A stretch of 59,007 nt of DNA, counting the filler, from Platydemus manokwari (Eukaryota): assembly GCA_037951405.1 (NCBI GenBank). It is 6 parts of 6 records of this genome, joined end to end, with 100 filler letters (N's around TTAATTAATTAA, not from the genome) between each part and the next. Parts side by side here need not be neighbours in the genome. Positions count along the whole stretch, not along the records: positions 1 to 9,835 come from JBBMOY011198765.1; positions 9,936 to 20,244 come from JBBMOY011146660.1; 4 more parts are not named here. One strand, 5' to 3'. Both the position numbers and the translations under genes were made by a program. Below the pieces are notes generated by a model. It was not told the DNA's origin, ran no database searches, and saw nothing but the letters and a program-made list of their open reading frames with translations. The first letter of the stretch is position 1; every line of letters begins with the position of its first letter. Shown here one piece after another: positions 1 through 13,900 of this stretch.

Positions 1-74
1 ACGACATTATATGCAAGCAATACTCCCAGCGACATCTTTTATCAAATCGAAATTTTAAGGTTATACACCCAATA
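1..74 (-). mobile_element. End of a mariner-like DNA transposon (TIR plus TA site), cut by the contig edge
   Basis: Exact reverse complement of 49273-49346. On the minus strand it reads TA-TTGGGTGTATAACC...AGATGTCGCT, resembling mariner termini; TA lies at the host-side junction. Confidence 0.55.
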
Positions 75-618
75 TATATTTAACACATTAAATTATGTGT
101 TCGAGTGTGCCAAATGAGTTGTAAAAATTTATAAATTAATTAACTTATATTCCAATTAATTTCCATAGTGGCAGTAGATATTGCCTACATGTTAAGTTCT
201 TGTAATAATACAATATAACTCAAATAATACTAATTTTAATAAAATGTTGAGATAAATAAGTTATTTAAACCCATACTCAGTAAAATGTGAACATAGAGAT
301 ACTTTAAGTTTAACATGGAGGACGTACAAAGTAAGTAGGTAAATTTAATAAAAAATATAACTAGAATTATCTTTTAGAGAAATAAAGGACCCAAAAAAAT
401 TATTGTTTTTATTAAAAAATACTTATTCATAAATTTTTGATTAAAGTTTATTAATACTTAAGTGTTTTTTTCTCAATTGCCACTGTTATTCTAAATATTT
501 GAATCTTTGTTGCTGATTTTAATTATGTTAATTACAATCTGATTTTCGTAATAATTAAAACATTGTTTAAATAATACTTTCATTTTAAATAATTTATTGT
601 ATTTTTTAATTTTTTGTA

Positions 619-3086
619 ATGAGTAATATCAATCCTGTTATCAATGATTTTATGAAGGTGAGTTTCTTCATCTAATATTTAACTAAATCACTGTCATCTA
701 ATTTCTTTAGAAAACCGTTAAAAATTTGACAATTTGTCTTAAAAGCTCTTTCGATTTACCAGTGAAAGAAATTTCCGAAGACAATATTTTTAACGAATTT
801 CCGCAATATAAGAAAGTTTTAAATGGTCTTTCATTGAAAGTTCTTAACAGGTAAAATAATGTGCTCTTATTCACTAACCTATTTGTATGTAAAAGTATCC
901 AACATTTAATTGACAAACAAGACGGCAAAGGTAATCTGCTTGATAGTGCCGAAATAAAGGGATTAGACGATAAATTTAACATTCTCGTTGAAGTAAATGA
1001 CCGTTTGTTGGACAAATGTGTAAGTGTGTTTGCTATCGCAAAAATGCTTTTTATTAATGTTGATAGAATGATTTGATAAATTCAATCGAAAATCCCACAG
1101 CTAACAAACCCAACCCGATGATTGTTGTTGAATTTACTAAACCTCAAGATCATTTACCTCAAGATGGATCTAAAATGACACCTAAACAAACCATAAAGCT
1201 ATTATCATCAGTTCAAGTTGAAAGGCCACAATTAAAATTTTCTAAATTACCTGACAATAGTAAAGTACATTTTCGCCCAATTTTAACGAAGAAACCAAAT
1301 GCCATTGAACAATTGGACAAAAGTTTGATAAATAATAATGATAACAATGATGAAGAATATCCTCATCCGTATCGGGAAGAACTTGATAAGTTTATAACTC
1401 CATCCGAACAATTTATCATCAATCCCGATCCTGTATTCCCGAAAACACTCGACGAAACACCTTACGAGTATATCGAAACATTGGACAAGCTGACACAATT
1501 AATCGAAACATTGAAATCAGAAAAAGAAATCGCTGTCGATCTGGAACATCACAACGTGCGAACATATCTTGGATTGACATGCCTCATTCAAATATCGACA
1601 CGGACCGCCGATTACATCATCGATTCTCTAGCTCTGCATGACCATTTGGAAATTCTTAATGAAATATTCACCGATCCTACCATTGTCAAAGTTTTCCACG
1701 GTTCCAATTCGGATTTGATGTGGCTTCAACGAGATTTCGGTGTTTATGTTGTCAATATGTTCGATACTGGTCATGCATGTCAATCATTGAAATTTCCGAG
1801 AAAATCTCTCAGTTATTTGTTGGAGAAATATTGTTCAATTCAAGCTAATAAAGAATATCAACGATTGACAGATTGGCGAATTCGACCATTGATTGCCGAA
1901 TTGATCGAATATGCTCGCACCGATACGCATTATTTGCTTTATATTTACGATAAACTTCGTCAGGAATTATCCGAGCGTGATCTTTTAAATGATGTTTTCG
2001 AATCGAGCCGAAAGCTTTGTTATTCGCTCTATTACAAACCGAAGTGTGATCTCGACGAATGTATGGAGTTGTATCGGAAATCGAGTGAGAATTTCAATCC
2101 TCGCCAATTGTATGCTTTAAAAAGACTATGGGATTTGCGCGATAATATCGCCCGTGAAGAAGACGAGAGTTCGCCTTTCGTTCTACCTAATCGGATTTTG
2201 CTTGCTATTGCACAGGGTCTTCCCAAAGAAACGTCCGGCGTTCTGGCATGCTGTTCTCAGGAATGGAAATTGCCATTGTTGCGTAAATACGTCTACGATT
2301 TCCAGAAGATTTGCTTGGAATCATACAATGAATCATTGAACCGTGACGAGAAAATCGTCCCAGTAAGAAAGAACGTTTTGGAGTTTTTGCTTAGCAAGCA
2401 TGATCGAACCGTGACAGATGATAATCAATTGGATATCCAGTTTACCAGCAATGAAATACAAGAAAAGATCAAAATCCGTGAATCTCCTTTCAATAAATCG
2501 TGTGGGAAAAATGAATCCACTGATGTGAGAATCATGAAATTGTATTTGGATCTACATCCCATGGAAAACGTCACAGTGGAACCCATGAAACCCATTGAAC
2601 CAGTGGTATCAATGCAACCAATGGAAGAACAGATTGAATCGGATGTGGAAATCATTGATATTGAGAAAGAACAAAACATTTCCACCAGTTCCGATCAATC
2701 TGTCAATGTCCAATCAGAAAATAATGTCTCATATTTATCGATTTTTTTTTGGAGGTTTTTAATATATTGATTTGATTTTAGATTCGTAAACGGTTATCAG
2801 ATTCATCACAATTGTCGAATAAGGTTGTGAGAGAGAAGAAAATCCGTTCCGTCATTCCGTTTGATTATGACGCATCATTGAAAAATTTACAACAAGCTGC
2901 CGGTAGTTCATGTAAGAGATGATTTTTTGGAAATATTTTCACTTGTTTACAGTTTCCAAGACAACTGGTAAACAGTTTCAACCGTTCGCTACCAAGAAGT
3001 TTAAAAGGGTATATTTTTGTGGCTTGTAAATTGTATCTGTTTCACCATTTTATTTTTTACAGAATCAGAAGAAAACAAACCATTGA
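619..3086 (+). CDS. EXOSC10: Exosome 3'-5' exonuclease RRP6/EXOSC10, ~723 aa, 7 exons (619-657, 711-850, 896-1019, 1067-2725, 2782-2911, 2953-3008, 3063-3086)
   Basis: PMC2NT-like N-terminus (DDKFNILVEVNDRLLDK); YPHPY motif; DEDDy motifs AVDLEHH, DLMWLQRDF, EYARTDTHYL; HRDC (RDNIAREEDESSPFVLPN); C-terminal PFDY and basic tail. GT-AG introns of 41-56 nt keep the frame. Confidence 0.95.
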
Positions 3087-4901
3087 TTTTATTGTATTAT
3101 TTTCTAATAGAATCTAAAGGGTGTCTTTTTGTGTTTTTTGATAATCGTTTTGTAATTTTTAAAATTGTGCCAATATTTGATAAAATTAAAAAATAATAAT
3201 GATTTGTTTCTAAACCGCAATTCATTGGAGGCAACACTTTCTGTTTATGATTATGAGATGGTTTTCTATTGGTTAATTTTGATTGGCATTTTTTAAGAAA
3301 AAATGTAAGATTGTTGTTGTTACCGAGTTGTAATTTACATATGGTTTATAAAGGTTTTTATTGGTTAATTTTGTTTAGAAATTTTAGGATTCAATTTTGT
3401 GAATTGGTGTAATTGTAATATTTATTTTTAGGAAATGAAAGCTATCTATTAAAATATTTACAATTTTCAATAAGACAAGGTTTTTTCAAAAGCTAATCGA
3501 TAACCACCACTAATAAATCGAAATTAATCATGTTTTTAAACTAGTTCAAATTATTTGAATTAATTATTGTTGGTATACTCAAATTAACATTTTCCTAAAG
3601 CCATCTAGGTTATTTAAAACTATTTTAAAAAGAAGTGAAATTTCAGGATGATGGATTATGCCTGACAATTATGCCATAACCTTAATCATGTACAATTGTT
3701 CAAAATTAAATTAAGAAAAATCATTTCTTATATCAATCAAAAGAGAATTGTTGAAAAGAAGACTTATTTTTCAGATGGTAATTGGAATAAATGGTCCTTG
3801 AAATGATTCTTGGAAATAAAGACCGGAAATTATGAAGTAACTTTTCAGTTATAATGATCAGAAACCAATGTCAAACCTAAATTAACAGCTAACCAGGAAT
3901 GAATATTGAGAAAATATATTTTAGTTAATGAAGCTATTCAAATCAATGGAAAATGGAGAGATGTTCCATAAACTTTTCGGACAAATAGAAAAAAAATTAC
4001 ACCAGTGCAAATAGTAATTGATGAATTAACAAGTCCAACGCAAACCCATCTATTTGTAATTAATCAAAAAAGTTGTCAAACAGAAGATTTCATTTTAGTA
4101 AAAATATAAAATAAGCAAAATTTAAAATTTCTAAAATTAAATAATTTTAAGGAAGTCAGAGGAGATAGGGTTTTACTATTAAAGAAACGTGATTAACTAA
4201 TCTTTAAAATCAATTATTTATACACAATATTTTATTAATGCATAATAAATTAGATTAATGTAAAGAAAAATTTCATAATCCAGATACGATATTAGCGTAA
4301 TATTTCATTAATAAATTAGAATATCATTTTTATTTGACCAAATTTCTTCAAACTTAATCCATTAATTGTACGAAGTTTAATTAATTAACAAATTTAAATT
4401 CAGTCACACCGATGTAAGTTAACAAAAAACGGAATATTCTCTGGTTTCAGAAGCATAAAACAGTTAAAGATGTAATGAAATTTTCTTGCACGAATTTTCT
4501 GGTTTATCTCATATGTGATTGGTCAATGTTCGTGTCTATAAATAGGTCTAGACATGCACATGTATATGATTGCTTGAAACAATGGTACCAAACATAATTA
4601 TTTGATAGTAAAATACTCTCAACAATAACAAACATCGAAACTGTAAATATTTATAAATAAACTTACATACAATGAGTGTATTTGATAAACATAATTTCAC
4701 TAATAATGAATGAACTTTTTCAAATTGTTACCGTAAATATTTATATAAATAGAAAAATTAGATCTACAAATTTCAAGTTGTCCGAAATCTATTTTAATGT
4801 TGAATTTTCATCGAATATTAGAAATGAACTCTTGTTAATAGATACAAGATTTAGTACTTGAGATGACATCACTCACATCTAGCCTAATATTGGTTCGAAA
4901 G

Positions 4902-7900
4902 TTATGGAACGGATTTCATGAATAATGATGCATTGGGTGCCAAACCACAATCTTCAATAGAAATATTCATGTCAATTAGTTGTCTACTAGATGGGAATGA
5001 TGATACCAACACAAATTGTTCAATAGGCACATTTATCATGGTCGATAATTTTGTATATAAATCCTTTACGAGTTCATTGAAGTTCATATTGATGAAATAA
5101 AAATTATCACCATTTAATGAGCGAATTTTTATTTGAGCTACATTTTCCATTTTGTTTTTATCTACTGGATATCGTACTGGTGATTGACTATGAGATTCTG
5201 ATAGAGTTAATTGTGAATTTGAAGATTTTGCTATTGGTTTGTTTTCGATAATTTCACGAATTGAATTTCTGATTGTCATTATTTTACCATCTTGATTGAT
5301 TGTGGATGTTGGTAATTTATTCAGAAATTGTTCGATGGTTATTTGTGTACTACAATCTCTAGTCATCACTTCACTAAAAGGTTGAGTGTATTGATTATCT
5401 TCCCTAAATATAATACAATTACACTCTGCCAAATATCACCTAAATATGGTTTAACTTTATTTTAATTTATATTATTCAAAGAATTTTCATATAGGAATTT
5501 AAAATTTTTCTATTTTACGGTGGAAGAGTTTATAAATTATAATTCATAAATTTAACACAAGAATCTGTAATCAACGGCATCAATATTTAATGATATTGTT
5601 GGGTACTAAATAACCAAAAATAAATAATAAAGTCATACAATTTTTTCAAGAAAACCAGGCTCCAAAGCCATCCAAAAGTAAAAATTATATTAATAAAATT
5701 TATTAAAACCAAAAATAAGAAAAAAATTAGAAGTTACTAAAATTAGAACAGAAGGTTTGAGAACCTAAAAATAGAATAAATAAAATATAAAAATAATACA
5801 AAAAGATAATTTTTTAAAAAAGAGGAAAATAATTGCTATAAAAGAAAACCCAATTAGTCAGTAAAACCCCCACAACTATTCTAAGTAAAAGTTCATAAAA
5901 AAAACGCTCACTATTATTTCGAGACATTGATTATTTCATAATCGTTCTACGAAACTAAACCCACAGTTCACATGTCACTATCTACACAATTCTGTTAATG
6001 AGGTCAAGAGTCAATTGACGTTGCAACAAGAGAAAAGAGGAATTATTTTCAAAACAATCATCCCAAAGTAAATTTAAATTTATTATTCTAATGTATGTAT
6101 TTTACTATGCATTTTACAATGATTATTTCACGAAAAACTTTAATTAATAGTGGCTTGGACCTCGTTCAATCACTCATTATCTAATCACCTAAAAATCAAG
6201 TATAAACTCAAATTCTCCTAACTTTATAGTGGGTGGATTTTGTAAGTCCCAACCATCATAAATTATAATTCAAAGAACAAGCGGCTTTTTAAAAAGTGAA
6301 CAACAATAACTTCTAATTAAAATATTAATAAAAGCCTGGTCATTTGTCATTTAATATTATTACTATTTTTATTTGATATCTGTAAATTGATATTTAATCA
6401 CTTGTTGTAAATCGTTTAATTTAATAATTATATATTTTTATCAACTTTGTTTATTTATTTATATTTAAATTATTATCATTGTTTCCATTACTGTGCCTTT
6501 GGAGTCAGACACAACATAAATATTAATTTAACGAACCATATCCTTATAAAACTTAAACAACCAGTAAAACCGAACAATATTATCAGTTAATTCCCTGTTA
6601 AGTATTCCCTATTGATTTTGAGTTCAAAAGAAAATATAAAATTTTAATATCTCTTGTCAAGAAAATGTCAACCTGATTAACTTTAAAATTATCATTTTGA
6701 TTCGATTTCATCGAATCAATATTAATAGCTTAATACTTAAATAGGAAAATATTCTCCCAGACTATTGTAAAAACATAATTAATATTATGATGTAAAATTA
6801 CAAGCATAAATGTTTTTAGTAACCAGAAATTCAAATAAATCAATACTTCCGAATTCAATCTTCTAAAAACCTAATCATACTACTTTCATTTATTTACAAA
6901 AAGAATTTCTTACAGACAAGAAACGACAAATTTGCGTCAAAAGAAAATAAAGGATTGAGAAATTTCAAATCTAAAATCAAAGTGTTTTTGATGTTAAATT
7001 ATTTAAATTCAAAATCGATAGCGTTACCCATTATTATAACAAACTGTACTTAAAAAATTTTAAAAAAATATGGAATAGATTTTAAAGGATATCTTGATTA
7101 TGAAACATAATAAAATGCTGATGAATCTAAAATTAATTAACCAATGATTATATAAATGATTATTGAAGTATCTTTTGTTTAGGTTTAATTAAAAATATTA
7201 AAATACAATGATTAATTAATTAAATTTAATTATCCCAATTGTTGAAACTCTAACTATTCCTACTTTTCCCGGCTTCCTAGTTCAAAAACAAATTTTTATT
7301 CGTACAAAATATTCAATTAATGAAAATCTATTTATTAACTTTTATAATTGGGCTAGTTTAGAGAGTACCCAATGAATGAAGTAATAAAGATGAAATAACT
7401 CTGAAATATAAAATATATAAAACAATATAAATATATATACTTGTCTGATATGAAATCGTTTAATAATTTCGATCGCGATGACAAGCCACCAAGAGTTTTA
7501 CCCATGCCTTGAAATACACTGATTTGTTTGGAATCATAATAAATGTTTCGTCGGTCTATCGGCTGAATTGGTACTCCAGATGGATATCTATCTTCCAGTT
7601 CTGATGGAAAATATCCATCACATATATCCTTAAATTAATCTATTTATAACTAAAAATCTCGAAGAAACTTATGACATACAACCCTCAAAAACAAACTAAT
7701 AATCTTAATGAAATGTTTGCTGCAGCTGATTTAATCTTAGCGACTTTGTAATTGATTTCTTTTCTCAAGCGATTATGAAAATTATTACTCCTAATTGTGA
7801 CAAGAAATGCTACACGTGCTTTAAGGTTTTGTCCTTATGTGAACATATTTTGTATTTTTTTTAACCTAAAGCTGTTGATGACAAGATATATCCCAATAAT

Positions 7901-9407
7901 AACTTCCAAAATACATATAGAATTGCATTACAAAGTATTAAAAGTTGTGAGAAATATGCTGATGGGATACAAATACATACATCGCAGCAACGATCAATAA
8001 CATATCAGAAACAAGTCTCGACACATTTATATCTTGAACAATATCTTATAAGTTTTGGAATAGATCTCTATTTGCAATGATATCAAATATCAGCAATTAC
8101 ATGTTAATCCTTTAAACCAATCATTATTTTTCTATTCGGTTATGCTAAATTTGATTCAACAATGTGCACTATAGCAGTGGCAGATTTTTCATGGGATTTC
8201 TTTATGAAGAATTGTAAAATATTTTCTTTTGTATAAATAAATACACAGAAAAATTTTCTTTCTTACAATATACAATAAACACATTCTAAATTTCATGTAG
8301 ATAACACGAATAATTCCCCGGAATAACAATATGAAATTTTAGAATAGATAATAATAACAGAGAAATTTTATTGACAAATGTAAAATTGAAATATATTCTC
8401 TCATTCAACTGTGTGCGATACAATAATTTTTAAAAAATTATAGAAGTTCCAAACCCATTGCGGAACCAATTTATAGATTCGTCGATTGAATACATCGACA
8501 AAAGATGTTAATGATTCGTCTAATATAAATTGGTAGAAAAATCATAAACTCAAATAATTATGCGTTAAACATCGATTTATTTCCAAAACACTGTATCATG
8601 TGTATGTGTGCATGTGTGTTTAATGATATACAGTAATTAAGTGCTGCTAATTTTTGCAAAGATTTTCAATTATTTCAAATTTGATAGCGAATCTTAACAA
8701 TTATATTTATTGATAAAATTTGATTGACAATTTGTTGGTGATATTTATTGGTTTATTAGTTGATTACTTGTCTATATTATTCAACTCATAAAAATTCAAA
8801 TACTTGTATGACACAACGAGTTGATCTATCTGCAAATGATCTGAAAGGACCATTGAATAATAATAATCCATTAGCGTAGAGTGTCAGTCGAATTGAAGGT
8901 TTTTTCTTCAACTCCACCCGTTGAGGTCCAGTTAAAGTTACGAGTGATTCATCTGACTTCACTAAAAGATTGAGTTCTTCAATATTCTTTAGAAGTTTAT
9001 CATAATCAACAACAAATTGTTCGTTTGGTAAATCCTGATTGACTTCTAAATTTCTGGAAAATTAATTGTTTTCATACTTAATCAATAACCTATAACAGTT
9101 TCTCGATCATCTAATAAACTATCGTGAACGGAATCTTTATTATCACAATACGATTCTCCACCCACCCAAACCAAACCGTAATCAGCAAGAAAGTTCTCCA
9201 TTTCTGAGATCTAGGAAAAGATTTTTATTGATTAGTAGTTTTGTTATGAATTTGCTTATGTACTTGTTTTTGAAATTGTTCACACATTTTTTCCAATTCT
9301 TTCACTTTGTCAGCGTTAGATTCAAAGATGTCTTTGGATTTTTGATACAATGAACATTTATCTTCCAGAACTTTGATCCGAAGATTTTTATCTTTAATTT
9401 CCTTTTC
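4902..9407 (-). CDS. UBXN11: UBX domain protein 11 (Socius-like p97 adaptor), 5'-partial; exons 9264-9407, 9090-9210, 8804-9045, 7441-7628, 4902-5403
   Basis: Coiled coil, then EMENFLADYGLVWVG; SEP domain (LTLYANGLLLFNGPFRSF...DICDGYFPSELEDRYPSGVP); SHP-like FQGMGKTLG; EQFLNKLP; UBX domain (SSFP...IEDCGLAPNASL). Intron phases are consistent. No start codon before the linker. Confidence 0.9.
5597..5800 (+). mobile_element. Partial copy of the TGTTGGGTAC element family inside a UBXN11 intron
   Basis: Starts TGTTGGGTAC and shares AACCTAAAAATAGA with the 21800-22301 element; no right end found. Confidence 0.4.
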
Positions 9408-9502
9408 CTTGGAAATGAAATTACAAATAAAATACTCGATAATTTTTGTTATTACTTCAATTTATGGGTATAAAATAATATCTAACAAGTATTAAAATAA
9501 CA

Positions 9503-9504
9503 AC

Positions 9505-9543
<39 letters not shown>
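9503..9543. repeat. (AAT)n microsatellite
   Basis: Direct reading. Confidence 0.95.
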
Positions 9544-9544
<1 letters not shown>

Positions 9545-9559
9545 TATCAATGAAAAACT

Positions 9560-9776
9560 TAATGGCATTGTCGAATTTTATGAGGACATTAAAAATGGGT
9601 AGTTTTCTGGGATTTATATCCCATTTAACTTAGAGAAGAAGTTTATGCGAATAAATCTCGAACAACAACTGGTGAGAGAAATAAAAAAACTTCTTGTGTT
9701 AGACTAATTTGAATTAATTCGATGGATCACTTCGATTATTAAATATCAATTTATCACTTGGCCTTCAATAAAAAAC
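9560..9776 (+). mobile_element. Possible 3' end of an RLE-type non-LTR retrotransposon
   Basis: Degenerate MGS..GIYIPFN, comparable to VGCLGSWVPQN in the 10915-14220 element; ends in GGCCTTCAATAAA, shared with that element's 3' UTR. Confidence 0.35.
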
Positions 9777-9835
9777 TTAGGGGGTATAATAAATAAAAAT
9801 AATAAATGACTATTATTAATTATAATGAAAACTAA

Positions 9836-9935
9836 NNNNNNNNNNNNNNNNNNNNNNNNNNNNNNNNNNNNNNNNNNNNTTAATTAATTAANNNNNNNNN
9901 NNNNNNNNNNNNNNNNNNNNNNNNNNNNNNNNNNN
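9836..9935. other. Artificial contig linker N44-TTAATTAATTAA-N44
   Basis: The same 100-nt linker occurs five times; its core gives stops in all six frames. Confidence 0.97.
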
Positions 9936-10914
9936 AACATCTTCATTTGGTAAAAAAGCAATTGGACAAAATGATGTAGAAAATCGGAAAGAACTTTTGG
10001 TTCACCCTAATACAAATAAATTCAATGGTTTTTTTGTTTCCCATATATATTAAGGGCATTCATTAACGAGTTGTCAGCATTCTGGTATCTAGCATAAATA
10101 TTAAAGAAATTATTGAAAAACATCCGTAATATTTAATCAAATATTTGAGCCTAGTAATTTTTATAGCGGTGCCGCAAATCAATTATTTTAAAATCATTTT
10201 AAACCTTTCTAAGTTCCAGATAAAGCTCTCACTGTATCATTTCTCGTGTAGGAATATGCTGTGTGAATTAGTTATAACAATTTTATTATCATTTAAATAA
10301 TTTTTGGGACTGATCAATCTTCTGAATACATTTTGGAATAGAAAGTAATTTTACGATTATTAACATACTATCTAATTTTCCTGGAAATTTTGACATGAAA
10401 GAGTCTCGGGATATTAGAGTCTTTAAATGAATTAGCCATTGTTTCAGATTTATCTATATTTATAATTGAATTTAAGAAGCCGTAAAGATTTATTTAAAAA
10501 CATAAAAATTCTGGTTTTTTGTAGTCTAACTTTTGTACGTCGTTGTCGGCTTTCACAGGCATGAAAATGTTCACTGAGGGCTTTTCTTTAATCCAATTTT
10601 CTCGTTTCTCATCAAATACCAGGCTAAAATCTAAAAACAGAATATAGTCATGTGACAATAATAAAACTCATCTCTGGGGCGATTTTTTGTATCTAAAATG
10701 AAAATGCAAGGTAATATTTATTCCTTATCCTATAAATAACGAGTTGATCTCAGCAATCAAGACAGATGCTCACTATCACTCCATAAAAATGAAAAGAAAA
10801 GTAAAGAAGACGGTACTGTCTCTCATATACATCTTATAAACAGCAAACAATAACACTAATAATAGAAATACCGGTACAGGCAGTCATTTTTTCTGTTTTT
10901 GTGTGTTAGATATA

Positions 10915-13900
10915 TTGGCGAGGCTATTTATTGAAGGCCTAGCCTCCTTCGCTATATGAGATCTATATAAACTATATGATTCTATAATAGAAGTAGAAAC
11001 AAGAAGTGAAGGCAACTCATTTGAACTCTTATTATCTAAGCCTATTCATCTCAAGACTACATCATTCTGTGGAACCCACGATCCTAAACAACCTACGTTT
11101 AACACATGCACACTCACTGAAGTTCTGGATTAACTAGCTATTTGAACTACCAAGTCTTCATACTTTCGGAGGTTTCTATCCAAGTTATTCCAGAAGTTTT
11201 CTTCCTTATCAAGTTAAACCTTAAGATCTACAAGTAATGTATGTTTTTTCATGTTTTTACTACCTGAAGTTTGGATTATTAAGTCAGGATATAAAGAAGT
11301 CTTCACATCAGTTGCCGAGCAGTCAACGTCTACATAATATACTAAAGCAATAAGCCTTTTAGCCGAAATTGCAAGTATTGCATTATGCTTAGAGGTCGCC
11401 CCATAAGGGTTACCAAAGCAATGGTTGAGTACGTGGGCCATTGATTCCACTGCAGTACCCCATCGACGGGTATTTAAATCTTTACCCTGTATTACACGGA
11501 AAGGCCGGAAATTCAGCGGTAAAAGGTTATTTCTACCCAAGACCAGGAAGTGCCAAACCTGTGGTGACAACATAATTGAGTCCAAAACTCCCAATAAAAT
11601 CTTAGATAGCGCAACAGTTTTAACTAACATACCCTGCACTTTTTCTCAGTCCAAGAGATAAAACTCAAGAAATCAAACTCATCATGAAGAATAGAACACA
11701 ATTTATCCTTCTCTTTGTTGCTATCATATATTGTGAACCTCTACAGATAACATTAACAAATATATTTCCTTCAAGCAAGACGAAATTACAATCTGTTCCT
11801 CTCTAACGCAGATTCCCAACCGAACCTTCAGGCACCAAGAACCCAGTTCAGTATGCTCATTATCAATTGTTTTTTAGCCAGTCAAGAGCCCTATGAAATT
11901 CGTCAACTTCAGAACGATTGAAGTGCTTATTCACTACGACGATCAATCTCTTTTTATGAAAGAAGCAAAGACAAAGTCAGAGCTGTTAAACAGCCGAAAA
12001 CCTCCTACTATACTCTGAATATAATAGTCGATCTCTGGTGGCATAAGGCCAAGACCACCTAATTTTCTACAGGTATATAAAAAGTCATCATTAACTGACG
12101 AAAAAAAGCTAACTCCAATCACTTTTTAACTAACTATCTGATCTTTTTATCGAATCCGAGTTCCCTAGGCTTACCATCCATTTGCCTCTTATGTAGAAAG
12201 GAAAGAGATAGAATACTGAGCTCTCTGTTTCTAAGATGAAACAATAGTCTAGAGTGTAGAAACACTCTAAAGATGTTTAACTTTTGACTCGGATGTAAGT
12301 CCGAGTTACAAATCAGAGGTCACATTATTTAAAATATCATCAATATCTTTTCTCTTTGGGGAACCAAACGGAATTCCAAGATACTTATATTGGTTCTTTT
12401 CATCCACTACTGAAATATCACTATCGTATATTCTGCGAACAGTTCTTTTCACCGAATTACTACAGAAATATCCACATTTACTTGGATTAAAGGTAAGATA
12501 AACCTTACTAACTAACCTATTCTAACCTAATTCTAACTAACCTATCAGCAATCCCTGCTGCATCACTGGAAACAACTACCAAATCGTCAGCATGAGCAAA
12601 ATAAGGAAACCTTCATATTAGATAATGTGTGTGGACTCGGTAAATTGTCACAAGACTTAACAAGGAAATCTATCGATAAACAGAATAATGACATCAACAA
12701 GGTGGTACTTTATTTGACACCTTTAACCAAATCAATGGAAGGAGTGATGATATTCTCACAATGATATATAGTACTCATGCAACTATACAAATTCTTCAAA
12801 AGATTGATTGTGCTGGATGCGCAACCCATCTTTTCCATTGAAACCAAATAACTCATGAGGCAAGCTAGGAAATGCTTCCTTAAGATCTAACTAAACGAAA
12901 TAGAAATTTGCCCTTGACATTTTACAAGATTCGGAAATGGATTGAAGGCATGCATTGTGCTCAGCACAACCAACCTCAGATAAGAATGCTTTTTGATTCC
13001 CAGAGATTAAATGTCCACTGGTAATCCAACGGAGCATACGATTGTTAATAATGTTACAAAGCAATTTATAGGACGTGTCCATAAGCGCAAGTGGTCACCA
13101 GGATGAAACTAAGTGTGCTTGCCCATCCTTCAGTGATTTTAATATTAGAGAAGTCTTAAATTGTTTCCACTGATCCGGTACACGCCCTGAATGTAACACT
13201 AAATTAAAAAACTTTTTCAAAAACACATATTTCGGATAAATCTCACACCAATCCTTGAACAACAAGCCATCATTACCAGGAGCAGAGTTTTTTCAGGATT
13301 TGAAAGCAGAAATTGGATCATTTGTGAAAAGGTCTTCTGAATACAGAACGTCGATATTCAAATTAGAAAAAGGGGGTAGAGATTGATGTGTAAAATGAGA
13401 GGTAATATCTTCAACAGATGGTAGAGATGTTGGAGTAGAGGAAGGTATCAACCTCTTGTAATTTCTTTAGCATCACTATATACTCTTTTTTTAACTAAAA
13501 AATAGATTAAGAACGTTCTACTCTTCCATCTGACATATATCTAATCTTGGATCGAAACATATCAGGATATACACGTGATATTGCCTTTCTACCAAATTCG
13601 AGAACCTTAGTCAAATTCACTTCATTGTTATCCATCAACATCATCGCCTCAGAGAGAAGAGGATAAAGACCAGATGACGATATACGAGTTTTTTCAAGTC
13701 CAAGTTTCCTATTTAATAAGTTTCTTGAACAAGAGTTTATCTGAGATCTAAAGTTCGAAACTGGAGATGAGACACTACAATTTTCAGAATAGTCTATCAT
13801 ATACCTGATAACAAAGAGACTGCAATCAAATGAAGCCAGTTGTCTCGGAACATTGTCAATAAAACTTTTTGAAAAAAAGATAACAAGTCTTGGAGCAAGG

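Noticed and set aside
316-432. ATGGAGGACGTACAAA|GTAAGT as an alternative RRP6 first exon
   Set aside because: Phase 1 does not match RRP6 exon 2, and nearby acceptors give only short stop-terminated peptides.
707-2685. Short antisense and overlapping ORFs over RRP6 (similarly over ATM and UBXN11)
   Set aside because: Shadows of real exons with no independent motifs.
3600-4130. Possible LTR-retrotransposon protease relic (also 15230-15700)
   Set aside because: No catalytic motif could be recovered; too decayed to support.
9880-9891. Recurrent TTAATTAATTAA palindrome as a biological motif
   Set aside because: Always centred in N44 runs; it is an assembly linker.
10560-10660. YILFLDFSLVFD as an RT motif (also LDVVFLDVKKDF near 54260)
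   Set aside because: Isolated single motifs without neighbouring RT blocks.
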